The notes beneath the pieces are model-generated. The model was not told where the DNA came from, searched no databases, and saw only the letters and a list, made by a program, of their open reading frames with translations. DNA of 64,000 bases from an uncultured Desulfospira sp. (GTDB lineage Bacteria > Desulfobacterota > Desulfobacteria > Desulfobacterales > Desulfobacteraceae): assembly GCA_963663165.1 (NCBI GenBank), contig OY760175.1:3584001-3648000 (forward strand), given 5' to 3'. Both the position numbers and the translations under genes were made by a program. Each line of letters begins with the position of its first letter. The stretch's first letter is position 1. Of the stretch, positions 61,669 to 64,000 are shown in pieces.

Positions 61669-62550
61669 CTTATCGTCAACTTGCATAAAAACCGTGGTAT
61701 TATTGACCCTTCCGGTCGGGGCAATGGCCTGGACGATTTTAAACCCCTTGATATCCTCCGGCTGAACCGGCTTGTACAGCACGGCCTTCATGCCGGTGTA
61801 GGTGCGGAAAATCACCGGGGCCGGCCCCCGTTTTTTCAAGACGTTTAACAGGCTTTCAAAAATCCTGGCCTTAGGCTCGGCCAGGGCCGCCACCAGCATG
61901 ACATCCCAGTCCAGGTCCCCAAGGCCGGCATCATCGCCTTGAACAATCTCAATCTCTTTTTCAAGGCCCAGGCAGCTGATTACTTTTCTGGAGAGTGCCA
62001 CGGTTTCCGGATTGCTGTCAATCCCAATGGACCGGATACCGAAAAAATGGCTCATGAGGATCAAGGTCAATGGCACCGGGCCGGACCCTAAAAATGCCAG
62101 CTTTTTTTCAGGGGAGACGTGCATGGCCTCAATCTGATTTTTGACCAGGGCTTCATACCGGGGATAAAGGGGAAATTCGCTCAGATGCTGCCAGGGATCT
62201 TTGGCGGCAATAAGCTCTTTGGCCAGGTGGACCTCATGGATGCTGAAAAAGGTGGTGTAGTAGGAACGGATCAGGGGAAGCTCCTGGCGGATCTCTTTTT
62301 CGTCCAGGAGCAGCCCTGAAAGGTGGGTTCCGGCGTCCATGTGGGCCAGGTCATCCAGGATCTGGTACATCCGGTACAGCTCTTCGGGAGCAAGGGCCTT
62401 TAACATATCAGGGGAATAATGCCGGATCTTATCGGCAAATCCCATGATATGGGGTTTAATGATGGCAAGGCTGTTCTGGCAGTCTTTGCAGCACCCCAGA
62501 AAATCATGCTCCTTGAGCTCATGTTCGTGGAAAAAATTAATCTCGTGCAT
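61666..62550 (-). CDS. Nicotianamine synthase family protein, paralog A
   Basis: FPLYPRY, FLGSGPVPLT, DVMLVAALAEPK, RTYTGM, VNNTT. Confidence 0.88.
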   Translation of the reverse strand: MHEINFFHEHELKEHDFLGCCKDCQNSLAIIKPHIMGFADKIRHYSPDMLKALAPEELYRMYQILDDLAHMDAGTHLSGLLLDEKEIRQELPLIRSYYTTFFSIHEVHLAKELIAAKDPWQHLSEFPLYPRYEALVKNQIEAMHVSPEKKLAFLGSGPVPLTLILMSHFFGIRSIGIDSNPETVALSRKVISCLGLEKEIEIVQGDDAGLGDLDWDVMLVAALAEPKARIFESLLNVLKKRGPAPVIFRTYTGMKAVLYKPVQPEDIKGFKIVQAIAPTGRVNNTTVFMQVDDK

Positions 62551-62582
62551 GGGTCATCCCTAAAAATTGGGGCGCCGGAATA

Positions 62583-63206
62583 CTATTCTTCCTTCCGGCG
62601 GGATTTAAAGTACAGAAAAATCCCCATAAGGCCGAATATGTATCCGATTCCCCCGATAATTTCACTGGGTCCCGGGCCATGTTCGCTCAAATCCGCCACC
62701 ATTTTGGTCAGGGGGGTGATTTTTTTGTTCAAGGATGTTTCCACCGCTTTTTGGACAATGGCTTCAAGTTCTGCTTTATCAATAGAGGGAGCCGTCTCTT
62801 TTGCAGGCGGTGGCGGGGCATCAGCTGCGGCCCCCTGGGACTTATCCGAACCTGCCGCCGGTACGGCATCCTCCGGAATATCCTCAAGGGCAATGGTCCA
62901 CTCTGCCTTGTGCCCCATCCCGGCCAGCAGCTCAATACGCATGGCCGTCCGTTTGGGGAGGGCAAATGAAAACTCCCCGTTATCATCGGTTTTGGTGCGC
63001 AGCAGCTCATTGCCCTGGGTGTCCCATACGATCACTTCCGAGCCCTGGGGTCTTTTTCCGCCGCTGAACTTGCTTTCTCCCAATACCTTATTGCCTTCCA
63101 CCCAGGCAAAAACCGTTACTTTATGGGCCAGGGCAGTGCCGGAAAAAAGAATAAAACAAACCAATAAACAGAATATCGTCACACCATATTTTTGCTTCAT
63201 CGTCAC
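62583..63206 (-). CDS. CbiL/NikL-like accessory component of a Ni/Co ECF transporter
   Basis: Signal peptide, AHKVTVFA, TDDNGEF, AGMGH, C-terminal TM GGIGYIFGL; adjacent to cbiM. Confidence 0.75.
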   Translation of the reverse strand: MTMKQKYGVTIFCLLVCFILFSGTALAHKVTVFAWVEGNKVLGESKFSGGKRPQGSEVIVWDTQGNELLRTKTDDNGEFSFALPKRTAMRIELLAGMGHKAEWTIALEDIPEDAVPAAGSDKSQGAAADAPPPPAKETAPSIDKAELEAIVQKAVETSLNKKITPLTKMVADLSEHGPGPSEIIGGIGYIFGLMGIFLYFKSRRKEE

Positions 63207-63270
63207 TTCCTATCTGCGCAGGCAGCTGTTTGAAAAGCCAAGCGCGTGTTATTAACGTTTACCCCGGAGT

Positions 63271-63903
63271 CTAACCCAATTCCTGTCTGTTTACGGGTGC
63301 CGGACCCCATTGGGGCAGCAGCTCGGGCCTGACTTTTTTCAAAAACCCCACGCAGGATCCGGTCACCACGCCTTCAATAACCATGACCGGCAGATGGGCA
63401 ACCACAACGGCACAGGCCACTTCAAAGAAATTTTCTTCAGTAAACATGAGGCTGACCGCCACCAGGATGCTGGTTAAGAAAACACTTAAAAAGCCGCAGG
63501 CAAACGACGCGGCAAAAGAAACGGTTCCGCTCTTATGGATAAAAGAGCCGAACAGATAATAACAGATTACGGCGGGCCCTGCGACGTTGACCGTATTGAC
63601 GCCAAGGGTGGTAATTCCCCCAAACTGGAACAGCACCCCCTGGAGCAGCAGGGCAATCAGTATGGCGGGAAAAGCGGCCCACCCCAGCAAAAGCCCTAAA
63701 ATTCCGTTAAGAATCAGGTGGACGCTTGAGGGGCCCACCGGCACATGAATTAAGGACGCCACAAAAAATGCCGCCGACAAAATAGCGGCCTGGGGAACTT
63801 CATCTTCTTTGAGTTTTTTCAGTCCGATCACGGTTCCGGCGGCCGCAATGGCCATGCCGACACCCAGTACGGGAGCTGAAAGAACACCTTCTGAAATATG
63901 CAT
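63271..63903 (-). CDS. cbiM: Cobalt/nickel ECF transporter substrate component
   Basis: MHISEG N-terminus, SSVHL, FGGITTLGVN. Confidence 0.92.
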   Translation of the reverse strand: MHISEGVLSAPVLGVGMAIAAAGTVIGLKKLKEDEVPQAAILSAAFFVASLIHVPVGPSSVHLILNGILGLLLGWAAFPAILIALLLQGVLFQFGGITTLGVNTVNVAGPAVICYYLFGSFIHKSGTVSFAASFACGFLSVFLTSILVAVSLMFTEENFFEVACAVVVAHLPVMVIEGVVTGSCVGFLKKVRPELLPQWGPAPVNRQELG

Positions 63904-63919
63904 AATACCTTCTTGTTTT

Positions 63920-63990
63920 TTAGCTGTTAGCTATTAGCTGTTAGCCGTTAGCCAGCTGATAGCCGTGGCCAGCCGATAGCAGTTAGCCGG
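63920..63990. repeat. Degenerate heptamer tandem repeat (TAGCTGT-like)
   Basis: tagctgt tagctat tagctgt tagccgt tagcc... Confidence 0.8.
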
Positions 63991-64000
63991 CCGAGACGGT

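Overview
This 64 kb window is from an anaerobic Gram-negative bacterium. Gene content (HdrD-like CCG protein, FmdE, carA-carB-purF, CbiM) and the repeat families suggest a Desulfobacteraceae-type sulfate reducer; this is an inference. From left to right: (1) a TctA permease, two aryl-sulfate sulfotransferases, thioredoxin reductase, thioredoxin and a Crp regulator; (2) a Dpp-type ABC importer with an amidohydrolase; (3) a GT4 glycosyltransferase and a Pat-type acetyltransferase; (4) a GntR / LarA-family / TRAP / FAD-FeS dehydrogenase 2-hydroxy-acid locus; (5) a molybdopterin oxidoreductase and a cluster of gene fragments; (6) a surface-protein island at 38.5-45.2 kb; (7) carAB-purF; (8) an operon with a CbiM-type Ni/Co transporter, two nicotianamine-synthase-like genes and a PLP racemase-fold enzyme. 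The surface island holds four VPxPxA-CTERM (PEP-CTERM-like) proteins, one with a cohesin-like domain. It also has a secreted dockerin-bearing protein, a second dockerin ORF missing from the ORF track, and a c-di-GMP-I riboswitch. The two best candidates for undescribed systems are this sorting-signal-anchored cohesin-dockerin assembly and the double-NAS metallophore operon. At least five families of dispersed MITE/REP-like repeats are present. No rRNA, tRNA, CRISPR array or intact transposase was seen. All family calls come from motif recognition by eye; no searches were run.
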